Of a stretch of DNA of 64,000 nucleotides, positions 39,601 to 50,203 are shown in pieces. The translations under genes and the position numbers were made by a program. How positions within the stretch are numbered: position 1 is the stretch's first letter; every line of letters starts with the position of its first letter. The notes under the pieces are model-generated. The model had not been told where the DNA came from, did no database searches, and saw only the letters and a list, made by a program, of their open reading frames with translations. The DNA is from Ascidiella aspersa (Eukaryota): the NCBI GenBank assembly GCA_963924565.1, contig OZ004610.1, positions 34,906,001-34,970,000 on the forward strand. Reading direction: 5' to 3'.

Positions 39601-42600
39601 CGCAGAACGTTGACATCTACAGCGCATCTTGGGGACCGGACGATGATGGAAGAACTGTCGATGGACCGGCGAGATTAGCTAAGATCGCTTTTGAGGAAGG
39701 AGTTAAGTTGGTGAGTTTAACGAACTGAACAGTTCGCATTTAACAAAATGACTGGTAATTGTTGTGTTAAAAAAGTACTTGCCTTTATTACTCAAGTTGG
39801 GAAAGAGTTCAAATACGGAGTTGTCATAATTTTCACCTTCTGTGGAGTTGTGACGTCGTGTGTATTGTTTTTAATAATTAATGTGATTGGTTATTGCGCG
39901 CTACGTCGTGACTCATTATGATCCAGAACCTTTGTATTGAGTTGGTTTTAGTCGTGAATGCAAAATTATGTTGCTGGTGTCTGAAGTTAAAACACTACAT
40001 TTACCTGGATTCCCAATCAAAGCAACCCTTTCTATGTGCACTTGTGGTTATGTGCAGGGCCGCGGAGGTAGAGGCTCGATCTTCGTGTGGGCTTCAGGTA
40101 ACGGAGGGAGGCATGAGGACAACTGCAACTGCGATGGTTACACCAACAGCATATTCACCCTCTCCATCAGCAGCACGACTGAGAGTAAGAAGAAACCGTG
40201 GTACTCTGAGTCGTGCTCGTCCACCTTGGCAGCAACCTACAGCAGTGGAACCTTCGGCGAGAAGCAAGTGGTGAGTAAGTGAGGTGACACGTAACACGTA
40301 ACACTTACATCACAACAACTTGTGACGTGTACAGGTGACGACAGACCTACGTCACAGGTGCACCAACAAGCACACCGGCACCTCAGCGTCGGCTCCACTG
40401 GCCGGAGGGATATGCGCGCTGGCCCTGGAAGCGAAGTGAGTCACAACTCGTTGTTAATATTAATGCGGTATTTACTTGGTTTAAGTGATTCACAGCTTCG
40501 TTAGATTACGTCGCTCTACTTTGTTTCGTTGCCTCAGAATGATGGTTGAAATATTAATGTTGTTAATGTTGGCCGACTTAGACAACTTATGTGATGACTT
40601 CAACATCTTTATAAATATTTAAAATTCATTTAATGTTTCGACAAAACCCCGACCCCCCTACAACCACTGACCCCGATGCCCCCTAGCCCCGGTAACTCTG
40701 AATTTAGCACACAGTCTTTCCTCACGTCATCGGTTGTTACCTCATGACGTCATCACATGACGTAACCGTGTGCTTCCCTTTAGTGGTGACCTCACGTGGC
40801 GCGACATGCAGCACCTAGTGGTGAGAACTGCCAGGTCGGAAGGACTCGAGTCGGATTGGAAGACAAACGCCGTCGGGAGGCCTGGTGAGTGTGACGTCAC
40901 TATTGTAGCAATGTAAGGTGATTGTCACGCGTTTGTTTTGTCATAGTAAGTCACTCGTTCGGTTACGGTCTGATGGACGCGCTCGGGATGGTTGACATGG
41001 CAACCAACTGGACGCTTGTTCCTAAGCAACACATCTGCAACATTTCGGTGATTTCCCCTGAACAACCACCCCGAATATTCAGCTCGGGGAATACCCTAAG
41101 GGTGCCTGTCCTGGTAGGTGGTTCCCCGCTTCACCCGCGTGTGTGGGTTGCTTACCCCCAACTTGTGCTAACCCTGTTGTTGTTGCCCCAGGTTTCATCG
41201 TGTGACGACGGAGGGGTGATGGTGGATCGGCTGGAACATGTGCAAGCTGTCCTCACCCTCCGCAACCAACGCAGGGGCGACCTCACGATCACCCTAACTT
41301 CACCCCTCGGAACCCGATCGACCCTGCTCGGCAGAAGGTGAACATCGCAGCTTTGGTTCACTCGACCTTGAACTAATGTCTACTTGAACTAATTGCTGTT
41401 GATTTCAGACACAGCGATATGTCGACGCGGGGCTTCACCAAGTGGCCCTTTATGACGACACACTCGTGGGACGAAGACCCAAGGGGAACCTGGATTCTTG
41501 AGATTAAAGACTCCAACACCCCAACATCGGGTAAGTCCCTAACTTTCCCCAACATCGGGTAAGCCCCTAACTTCACCCAACATCGGGTAAGCCCCTAACT
41601 TCACCCAACATCGGGTAAGCCCCTAACTTCACCCAACATCGGGTAAGCCCCTAACTTCACCCAACATCGGGTAAGCCCCTAACTTCCCCCAACACCGGTA
41701 AGCCCCTAACTTCACCCAACATCGGTTAAGCCCCTAACTTCCCCCAACATCGGGTAAGCCCCTAACTTCCCCGAACATCGGGTAAGCCCCTAACTTCCCC
41801 AACATCGGGTAAGCCCCTAACTTCCCCCAACATCGGGTAAGCCCCTAACTTCACCCAACATCGGGTAAGCCCCTAACTTCACCCAACATCGGGTAAGCCC
41901 CTAACTTCACCCAACATCGGGTAAGCCCCTAACTTCACCCAACATCGGGTAAGCCCCTAACTTCCCCCAACATCGGGTAAGCCCCTAACTTCACCCAACA
42001 TCGGGTAAGCCCCTAACTTCACCCAACATCGGTTAAGCCCCTAACTTCCCCCAACATCGGTTAAGCCCCTAACTTCACCCAACATCGGTTAAGCCCCTAA
42101 CTTCACCCAACATCGGGTAAGCCCCTAACTTCCCCGAACATCGGGTAAGCCCCTAACTTCCCCAACATCGGGTAAGCCCCTAACTTCCCCCAACATCGGG
42201 TAAGCCCCTAACTTCACCCAACATCGGTTAAGCCCCTAACTTCACCCAACATCGGGTAAGCCCCTAACTTCCCCGAACATCGGGTAAGCCCCTAACTTCA
42301 CCCAACATCGGGTAAGCCCCTAACTTCCCCCAACATCGGGTAAGCCCCTAACTTCCCCCAACATCGGGTAAGCCCTTAACTTCCCCGAACATCGGGTAAG
42401 CCCCTAACTTCCCCAACATCGGTTAAGCCCCTAACTTCACCCAACATCGGGTAATCCCCAAACTTCCCCCAACATCGGGTAAGCCCCTAACTTCACCCAA
42501 CATCGGGGGTAGATACTTAAACGTCCATAGTAGGATTCTAAATCCAAGCGTTTTCAGAACGCTTCCTATTGGCTGGAATTTTATGACGTCACAGATATAA

Positions 42601-45600
42601 TTTTATGACGTAACAGACGATCAGCTGAACGGCCTACTAGATAATTTAGTTTTCTTATAGAAGAAAAATACCAAACGGGTATTTTGAACATATTTTTAAC
42701 TCTGATAATAGGACACGTCGAGCCGCTGCAATGCTGTCGTACCACATTTTCGTCCGGGGGCTTATATTGCTAACATTATTCGTGTTAGCGCTTGGGCTTA
42801 CGTGGGTCAAGTATTATTATATTTATTAATAATGTTTAACCAAACCAAAACCTAAACCAGTCCCTAACCAAAATAATATGCATTGTGGTGCGATTTTTAA
42901 TGAGGCTCTTTTAATTTATGCCTACATGTTGAAGCACATTTTGTTACTTGGTTAACCACAAAGAGCCGCGCACCTTACACACATGAAACAAAAAGAATAG
43001 CCTCTCCCTGTTATTTTTTTTATTTAATTTGTTTGCGTGTATCGTGTTTCAAAAGTATTGTTAAAGAAACGTTGGCCTTAAGGCAAACAGACTAACTCGG
43101 AACCGGCAATAATCCACACCATAAAGTTGACCAAACGAAATCGAAACATTCTAAAAAATCATATTTGCAACATGAACGGAAGAGCCGTACACAACTGGGT
43201 TAAAAGCCGCATGTGGCGACCCCTGATATATATATTCTAGAAACAACTGTTTTCACAAAAAATGTATTTGTTTTTAAATGTGCACATACCTAACATATGC
43301 ATTGACCATGCTTTCTTTATTACACCAAAAATTGACAACACTAGATAAGGAGACTTACGTATTAAAAAAACAGAAAAAATCACAAAAAACACTTCACAGA
43401 TTAAATAAAAATGACTTTAAACTTTGCATACACATTCTCCGGCTTATGTGAATTTGCAATTAATATGATTAAAATTAAACTGTAATATTTGAAATAATTC
43501 ATTTAAAATCAGTTTCAGTAATTCAGGCTGTGATGCAAGCAACATCTAGCCATGACATGAGGCTTGCATCCAAGATCTTGGCTCAACAGGGACAGTCACT
43601 TTTTCACCTGAGCTACATAGGGCTCCATGGGAACGGGTTAAGGAACAACCATACCACATTGCCTGTTCCCTTCTGTTACATTTACAACTCCATTGAAGAT
43701 CATCTAAAAGACTATTCATAGCATGTTAAACCTAGTTAGTTATAAATAGAAATGCCTATCAAATTAAGAAAGTTGAAATAAAATGCATTAGAACACAAAA
43801 TAAATATTATGTATACAACAACATCATAGTTTAGTTTTCACCCCTTTAGGTCGTAACCAAACGGTAAAGTGCATTCTTACAATTTGAATCCTAATTGCTT
43901 TAATGTCATTCATGTTATGGACCAACAAATCAATATTTACCATTAAAAAACTTATAACATTCTGGATTTGAAACTACCATTTAATAATACCTCTGGTATT
44001 CTACTTTGAACATCCCATTCCTATCAATCAGGCATTTTTTTTAAATGAAATTTACTGTTTAGGACTTTAGGATCTTAAATATATAATTTAGATTTTAGAT
44101 GTTTCTTTAGATTATTATAAAAAAATGTTGTGTAATCTAAAATTGTGGCAGATTTAATGTCAAGGATAATTATTTTAGTAATTTCTTAAGTTTAAAATTT
44201 TTGCTAATTGAAAAACAATTAATTAGTGAGTTAATAAATCAAGATTTCCATAACTGGTCCATATTCAGTAAAATGTTTTTTAAAACAGCAAATCTAAAGC
44301 TTAAGGCAAAACCCGTTATGTCCAAGCGTATTAAATATTTTCAAAAATAGTTTTTAGATTTCTTTATAATAAATCTAGATGTTTTTGATTTAATTTATTA
44401 TCGTTAAAAAAATGGTAACTATGATTGAAACAGTACACACCAACTGTACACAAGCAGAAAATCCTTCTTAGTTTGTTGCACTTTAATCATACTCAAAAAT
44501 TGCTAATTAAGATCTTAATGAAAATCAGAAAATGAGGCAAAAATTGTAAGTGTTGTAGATATTGCACCAAAGTGCCAACTTAAAATACAATCAAGTCAAT
44601 CAGTCTTATATAGCTAATCCTGAGGTGTGTTTAACAATCACTGGGTAAAGTTGTGTGCTTCAATTAGCCTACTTAGACCACCACAACAGATTCATAATCA
44701 ACTAATTCTAACCTAAAGGAAAGTGGCACGCCGCCTGGTAAATAATACAAAGTTTGTCACACAATTGCAGATTTGATCATCCTATTTATTCAAGTTGTAT
44801 GATATTTGCAATCAGGAAACTGCAGGCTATTGTTACTAAAATGGCAGCTAGAAATGAGTAAAAGGCAGCCAAAAAAAATTGCCAATTAAGTTGGTTGTTC
44901 AAACGCACATGACAAAAATATTTATGTTTTAATAAATAATAAACAAAACGAAGTTATTAAGTTTAGTACGTATACCCTGCATAGTTGCGTACGGTCATTT
45001 AAGCAGACTGTACGCAATTTTTTTGTAATGGCCTGTTTTGGCTTTGCACACCTGCATTCACACATTGGTCAAGTTTAAACACACTTGAACTAATTTTTGA
45101 GACATATACTGCTAACGCTTGTTTTTTAACATAACAGTGGTGTGGTTATTTTGCGCTTCTTTTACGGCGTAAAATTCAAAACGGTGTCAAAGTATTTACC
45201 CATAAGCCAATTAATTTTCTCCTATTTACCGACACGACAATAAACGATGTTTTGACTTTTTATTTTTCGTCAAGTACTACAGTACATTTGCGCTTAATAA
45301 GAATCTATTACGTCATAAAATTTCAGCCAATAGGAAGCGTTCTGAAAACGCTTGGATTTGGAATCCTACTATGGACGTTTAAGTATCTACCAACATCGGG
45401 TAAGCCCCTAACTTCCCCCAACATCGGGTAAGCCCCTAACTTCCCCCAACATCGGGTAAGCCCCTAACTTCACCCAACATCGGGTAAGCCCCTAACTTCA
45501 CCCAACATCGGGTAAGCCCCTAACTTCACCCAACATCGGGTAAGCCCCTAACTTCACCCAACATCGGGTAAGCCCCTAACTTCACCCAACATCAGGTAAG

Positions 45601-47329
45601 CCCCTAACCCTAACCCAACATCGGGTAAACCCCTAACTTCACCCAACATCGGGTAAGCCCCTAACTTCCCCCAACATCGGGTAAGCCCCTAACTTCCCCC
45701 AACATCGGGTAAGCCCCTAACTTCACCCAACATCGGGTAAGCCCCTAACTTCACCCAACATCGGGTAAGCCCCTAACTTCACCCAACATCGGGTAAGCCC
45801 CTAACTTCCCCCAACATCGGGTAAGCCCCTAACTTCCCCCAACATCGGGTAAGCCCCTAACTTCACCCAACATCGGGTAAGGCCCTAACTTCACCCAACA
45901 TCGGGTAAGCCCCCAACTTCATCCAACATCGGGTAAGCCCCAGCGCTGTACATACAAGGTGTAGTGAGATATAGCATCGATCACAGCAAGCTTTTCCTTG
46001 TAGGAACTCTTTCTGGTTTCAACTTGATCCTCCACGGTACAGTGAAGTCCGACTGGGGAATCCCCACACCAAAGGACGTCCAGCTTCCCGATGAAGCAAC
46101 AGATTCACCACAGGTTGCAACATTTTAACCACTTTAACACTTAGTTCTACAAAGTTTCAAATTCGATGTTTTTTGCAGCAAGTTGAGCCGACAGCGCCCC
46201 CGAGTGTCGCCACCACCCCCAGTCCTTCAGGTAACTTCCATTGTTCCTTCCTTTGTTCCTTCCTTTCACATTTTACTTTTTCAATAACACAGCTGTTAGC
46301 TTCGCAGTTAGAGTAACAAGCAAAACTTATTTCATCACAACGAGCTAACAGCACGCTATGACGCAACAATGGGGTAGACTAAATAAAATTACATGTGTTT
46401 AAATCATTGATGTGACCGTATATGGGTCAAAATGCCAAAGACCCCGATAAAATCAAACACATACGATGTTTAAATGTTGGTGTGATGCTGCACGATTGTG
46501 ACGTAACACTACTTTCTATTCAGCTCACGTTGTCGAGAATTGCGAGATCGAACTTTCATCGGAGCCTGGATGTTTGGGTGAGCATTTGCTTGTTGTTGTT
46601 GTTTTATTGTTGCTTAATTTTGTTATTGTTGTTGTTGTTGCTGTAATGTTGTTGCCGCCCGCAACTGCAGCAACCACAAACTTGTGCCTCGATGTTGTGG
46701 TCGTTGTACTTTCGGCCGCTCACTAACTCCCCTCCAGTAATTTGTTTCTTTTTGGCTTTTCTCCTCACGTCCTGACGTCAACCACAACTGATGACGTCAC
46801 AGTGTGTTCCGCTGGTTTCGCGCTGAGTGGATCGAAGTGCGTGGCGAGCTGCGAGGTCGGCCACTACGCGGTGCAAGAGGGCGGTGGCCTGGTGTGCCGG
46901 GGATGCCCCTCATTCTGTCACAGCTGCGCCGGGTCACGCTTCATTGATTGCGTACAATGCGTGTCTGGGGCCAGGATGGGGGAGGGGAACAGGTGCTTCC
47001 CCCCGGAACCCCCGCCCACACCCACCAGGGTCTACTACATGGTCGCGGTCTCCATCCTAGCGCTCGCCTTCCTTTGTTGCGCAATAATATTCGTCATCAA
47101 CAAACGACGCAGCGCCTCTAGCGGAGACGCGTACAAATACATCCCGTCGGAAGATGGCGCTATTTCGAGGCTTATAAACGACTCGGGTTTGGAATATTAC
47201 GATGACCTTGACGAGTACGAGGACAATCCTGTCAAGGTCGCCACCGGGGGACGCACCAAGCGTAAGAATGGCCACGTGGTTCGGACTTCGGGGAAATCCC
47301 CTTTGCTCGACCACGAGGGTGGTTTCTAG
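30667..47329 (+). CDS. furin: furin-like proprotein convertase (S8B), 16 coding exons
   Basis: Exons 30667-30867, 30971-31075, 33605-33715, 34812-34940, 36002-36167, 39538-39710, 40058-40270, 40335-40435, 40784-40884, 40947-41113, 41192-41337, 41409-41530, 46004-46113, 46179-46230, 46524-46577, 46803-47329 splice in frame. Features: RRKR propeptide site, ILDDG (Asp), HGTRCAG (His), ASGNGG (oxyanion Asn), TGTSAS (Ser), P domain with RRGDL, Cys-rich region, TM helix, and a tail with YKYI and an acidic cluster. Exact PCSK orthology was not tested. Confidence 0.93.
31382..31556. mobile_element. near-perfect foldback (arms about 80 bp) with degenerate hammerhead-like cores, in furin intron 2
   Basis: GTAATAAGAATATCAAAGCCCATACAGAAGTAGGTATCATTTTGAACGTTTCGAAT... 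is mirrored by its reverse complement ending GATATTCTTATTAC. Related copies lie at 9468-9577 and about 648-715. Confidence 0.8.
34941..35917 (+). repeat. G-rich 21-22-bp minisatellite (about 45 copies) filling furin intron 4
   Basis: Unit GTGGGGTAAAGTAGGGGG(G)T. It starts directly at the GTAAGT donor. Confidence 0.95.
36143..39446 (+). repeat. 29-bp minisatellite (about 113 copies) made of the furin exon 5 end plus donor site
   Basis: Unit GCGTATAACGGCAGGATCG(A/G)GG|GTAGGT(G/C). The first copy is the coding sequence AYNARIG plus the real donor at 36168. Confidence 0.97.
39441..39559 (+). repeat. 50-51-bp tandem duplication of the furin intron 5 acceptor and exon 6 start
   Basis: TCGCATGTTGGACGGCCC occurs at 39441, 39492 and 39542. 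TTGTTGTTTGTGTGCAG|GTG ends at 39487 and 39537. Confidence 0.92.
41521..45940 (+). repeat. 28-bp minisatellite (about 35 + 20 copies) made of the furin exon 12 end plus donor, split by a transposon
   Basis: Unit CCCAACATCGG|GTAAGCCCCTAACTTC(A/C). Blocks at 41521-42507 and 45392-45940. Confidence 0.96.
42508..45391. mobile_element. non-autonomous Mutator-like (MULE) DNA transposon, 2.9 kb
   Basis: About 85-bp TIRs beginning GGTAGATACTTAAACGTCCATAGTAGGATTC, with few mismatches. 9-bp duplication AACATCGGG at 42499-42507 and 45392-45400. AT-rich interior with no transposase ORF. Confidence 0.82.
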
Positions 47330-47959
47330 GGAAAGACCCGGTTCTGTAACAAGTTGTCAGTGAAATTATGTAACCCCGTGCAATATGCAACAGGGGTCAC
47401 GACCTTTGACCCCAGGTACAAATTATTAATGACGTCACGCTTGTGGGGAGCAATGTGGTGAATGCACCCCTCAGGTTTTGCGATGTTCACTTTTATTGGT
47501 TTGGATCGAACGTGATATTGCAGTAGTGTAGAAGGGGAAGCCCCTAAAGTGCCCTTATATTTCTTTGGTACGCCGTCGCCGGGATTCGAACCTGCGACCC
47601 TCGTAACTATTTACTCGTGCTTTATCTGCTTGGTTTTTCTTCCTTGGATGACGTATACTGACGTCACGATGACGTGTGCTGGAAACCTTCCATTTTATTG
47701 ACGCTTTACTTCTTTTGTAGTTTGTTATTCTACGTGAAATTCAAACATTTTAAAATAAGAACAATTAATTGTGCGTCATCGCTCAACCGACCAATCATCG
47801 TCCGCCACGTTTCTTGCACTTCTCTTGTTTTGTAGTTTCGCTTCTGGTTATTACCCGTATTTATTTTCGAATAAACGGATTTGACGAACAATTGTTTTGT
47901 CATTATCAAGCAAATACTACTCAGTCTCAGTTTATTGAGAATTGATTCCAAACCCAAAG

Positions 47960-48282
47960 CAGGGCTGCGGAGTCGGTTAAAAACAACTCGAGTCCGATTC
48001 CGGTCAAATGTGCGATTTCGTCGAGTCCCGAGTCCGACCCTGACTCAACAGCCTGTATTTCACCAATTTATGCAACTAAAATAACGTGGATATTTAGCAA
48101 TCCACTTATGGGTGTCGTATAATTCATTCACTCACAACACATGGTTGGAAAATATTCCAACTTTACAATTTCCAGTTGGCGGCTACATCAGTTTTCAAAT
48201 TTGGTACTGCCAATGTCGGACTCGGGACTCGGGTAATTTTATGTGGTCGTACTCGAGTCCCAAGTCCGACTCCGCAGCCCTG
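47960..48282. mobile_element. MITE with CAGGGCTGCGGAGTCGG TIRs (probably hAT)
   Basis: CAGGGCTGCGGAGTCGG ... CCGACTCCGCAGCCCTG, with internal GAGTCC/GGACTC motifs and imperfect flanks ACCCAAAG / CCCAAAAG. Confidence 0.8.
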
Positions 48283-49304
48283 CCCAAAAGTATTTTACAT
48301 CAAGAACTGCGTAAAAAATAAGCAAGGCAAGAAAAAACAGTTCTTAACAACAAACATTTCAGGACAGTTAAAATGTTTTGTTTAGATTTTACTTTCTACT
48401 GTAACCCAGTTTTGCTTTTAAACGGTATTTTACGCATAATTAAAACTGTAACCCAAAAAACTCTTTAAGCAAGATTTAACAATTGGAAACAACATGAATA
48501 TATTTTTGCTGCGAGGCTTTGTTTCAATTGTAAAACTTGCTGGAAGACCAATTTTACAATTGGAAAACAACATATTAGCATTTTAAAGTACTTGCTGTAA
48601 AAATATGCGACATTTCTCCTAAAATGCTCGCCAACGCCGTTGGTGGTCAGTATAGTATTATTAAATTTCCGCTTGGTGTCAGTAGTGGTGCTGTGCTGAT
48701 TGTTGGTTTTGCGCGAAGCTTGTTTTCACTGGGGACGTGTTTTCACTCGTTGGTGGAAAGAGTGCTTGCAGCGAGCGACATTGGAAGCTCACGTTGTAAG
48801 GTTCGAGTTGTTAGCTTATATATTGACACCAGTTCGGGGCAAATAAACTAAAGTCAGATATGTTGGATTTATTGTTTGATACGTTTAAGATTAAATAAAT
48901 GTTTGGTAAAAGGCGGATTTAAGCATTAACGAAAATCCGCCATTTTATCCATGTGTTGTAGTGCAATTTACTCAGGTATGGCATGTTATATTTTGATGTA
49001 CTTTTGAATACAGGCTTAGTATTTCAAGTTATGCGTAGTTAAGAAACGTGTTATGAAGTTACTAATGAAATTTAATTCGTGTGATTTAATTGTTTGTTTG
49101 GATCACCACGAAGCAGCCTTTCCAAATAGCAAGGGAGACGACTCTAGTCAATATTAAAAGTTTGTCTATTGGAAGTAAAGTTTTTGTACTTTTTTAAGTG
49201 GAAAGTGGATGTGAACGCGGTTTACCATTATCTGCTTTTTTTCCATTATCTGCTTTTTGTGTCGTTTTCAGTGAATTACTGAAGCTCCCAGCAAACCCCG
49301 AACC

Positions 49305-49512
49305 CAGGCTTGTTTACATTGTTCCTGGGGCTTGAATCGCGACGATAAATCGCGACGATTGTGGAGCGAAGGTGCGCTTTGTCCCACCATTGTTAAACGC
49401 AGACATCTCGCGGCCATTGTTCAGCACTCGATTCCATTGTGACGACATAACGCGTGAAATTCCATTGTTCGTCGTCAAATAAACAGACACCGCGCTGTTG
49501 CTAGGAAACAGC
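49305..49512 (+). promoter_or_regulatory. candidate promoter/enhancer: RFX X-box, Sox cluster and Fox sites
   Basis: GTTGCTAGGAAAC at 49497-49509, CATTGT five times in 49317-49470, plus TGTTTAC and TAAACA. The cluster lies about 0.7 kb upstream of ATG 50204. Confidence 0.45.
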
Positions 49513-50203
49513 TGGTACCTTGAGAGCTTTGGTGGTTTCCTGGTGAAAACGCGGCGAAATAATTCTTGTTTGGATTAACAACTTGTTGTTATAATATTCA
49601 TCACTGATTACTTTGGATTTAACCAACCTTATTTGTGAATTAAAACCCTAAATCATTAAAACAGAATCCTAATGTTGGATTCGTATTGTGTAGTTATTAA
49701 TGCAATTATGAAAGGGAGATCACTTCAGTTGTTTCCCAATGTATTTATTTGTTGGATTCTGGGCGTCCTTCAAACCTTGTGAAACTTGAAACCTTTCTTT
49801 TGTTGTTGCACATAAAACCTCGGTGGAGCGTTGATTCGATTAGCTTTTCTACTTTCCACACATTGGAATCAACACTTATATTGTGGCATACTTGTAATTG
49901 TGCAGATTTCTGCAACACTTTTCATCCAACCTAATGTCTATTGTGTGCATTTTAAGCCGACAAACGGTGACTCACGTGTTTTTATAAACTTGATATACAC
50001 AATCACAAATGCTGACTCATCATATTCGTGGCTTGTTACGGCTTTTGTGATTATTCGATCAAAGTTTAGCTAACCAACGCATTTTCCGGTTTGAGAAATA
50101 TATTGAAGCTGGTTGCAGCACGCATTTATACTCGTATTGCATGTATGTGTGTTCTTACTTCATATGTTCATTGTATTTGCAGCAGTAATTATCCTTATTT
50201 ACA

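Noticed and set aside
36143-45940. CRISPR-like appearance of the 28-29-bp repeats
   Set aside because: Units are head-to-tail with no unique spacers, there are no cas genes, and the context is eukaryotic.
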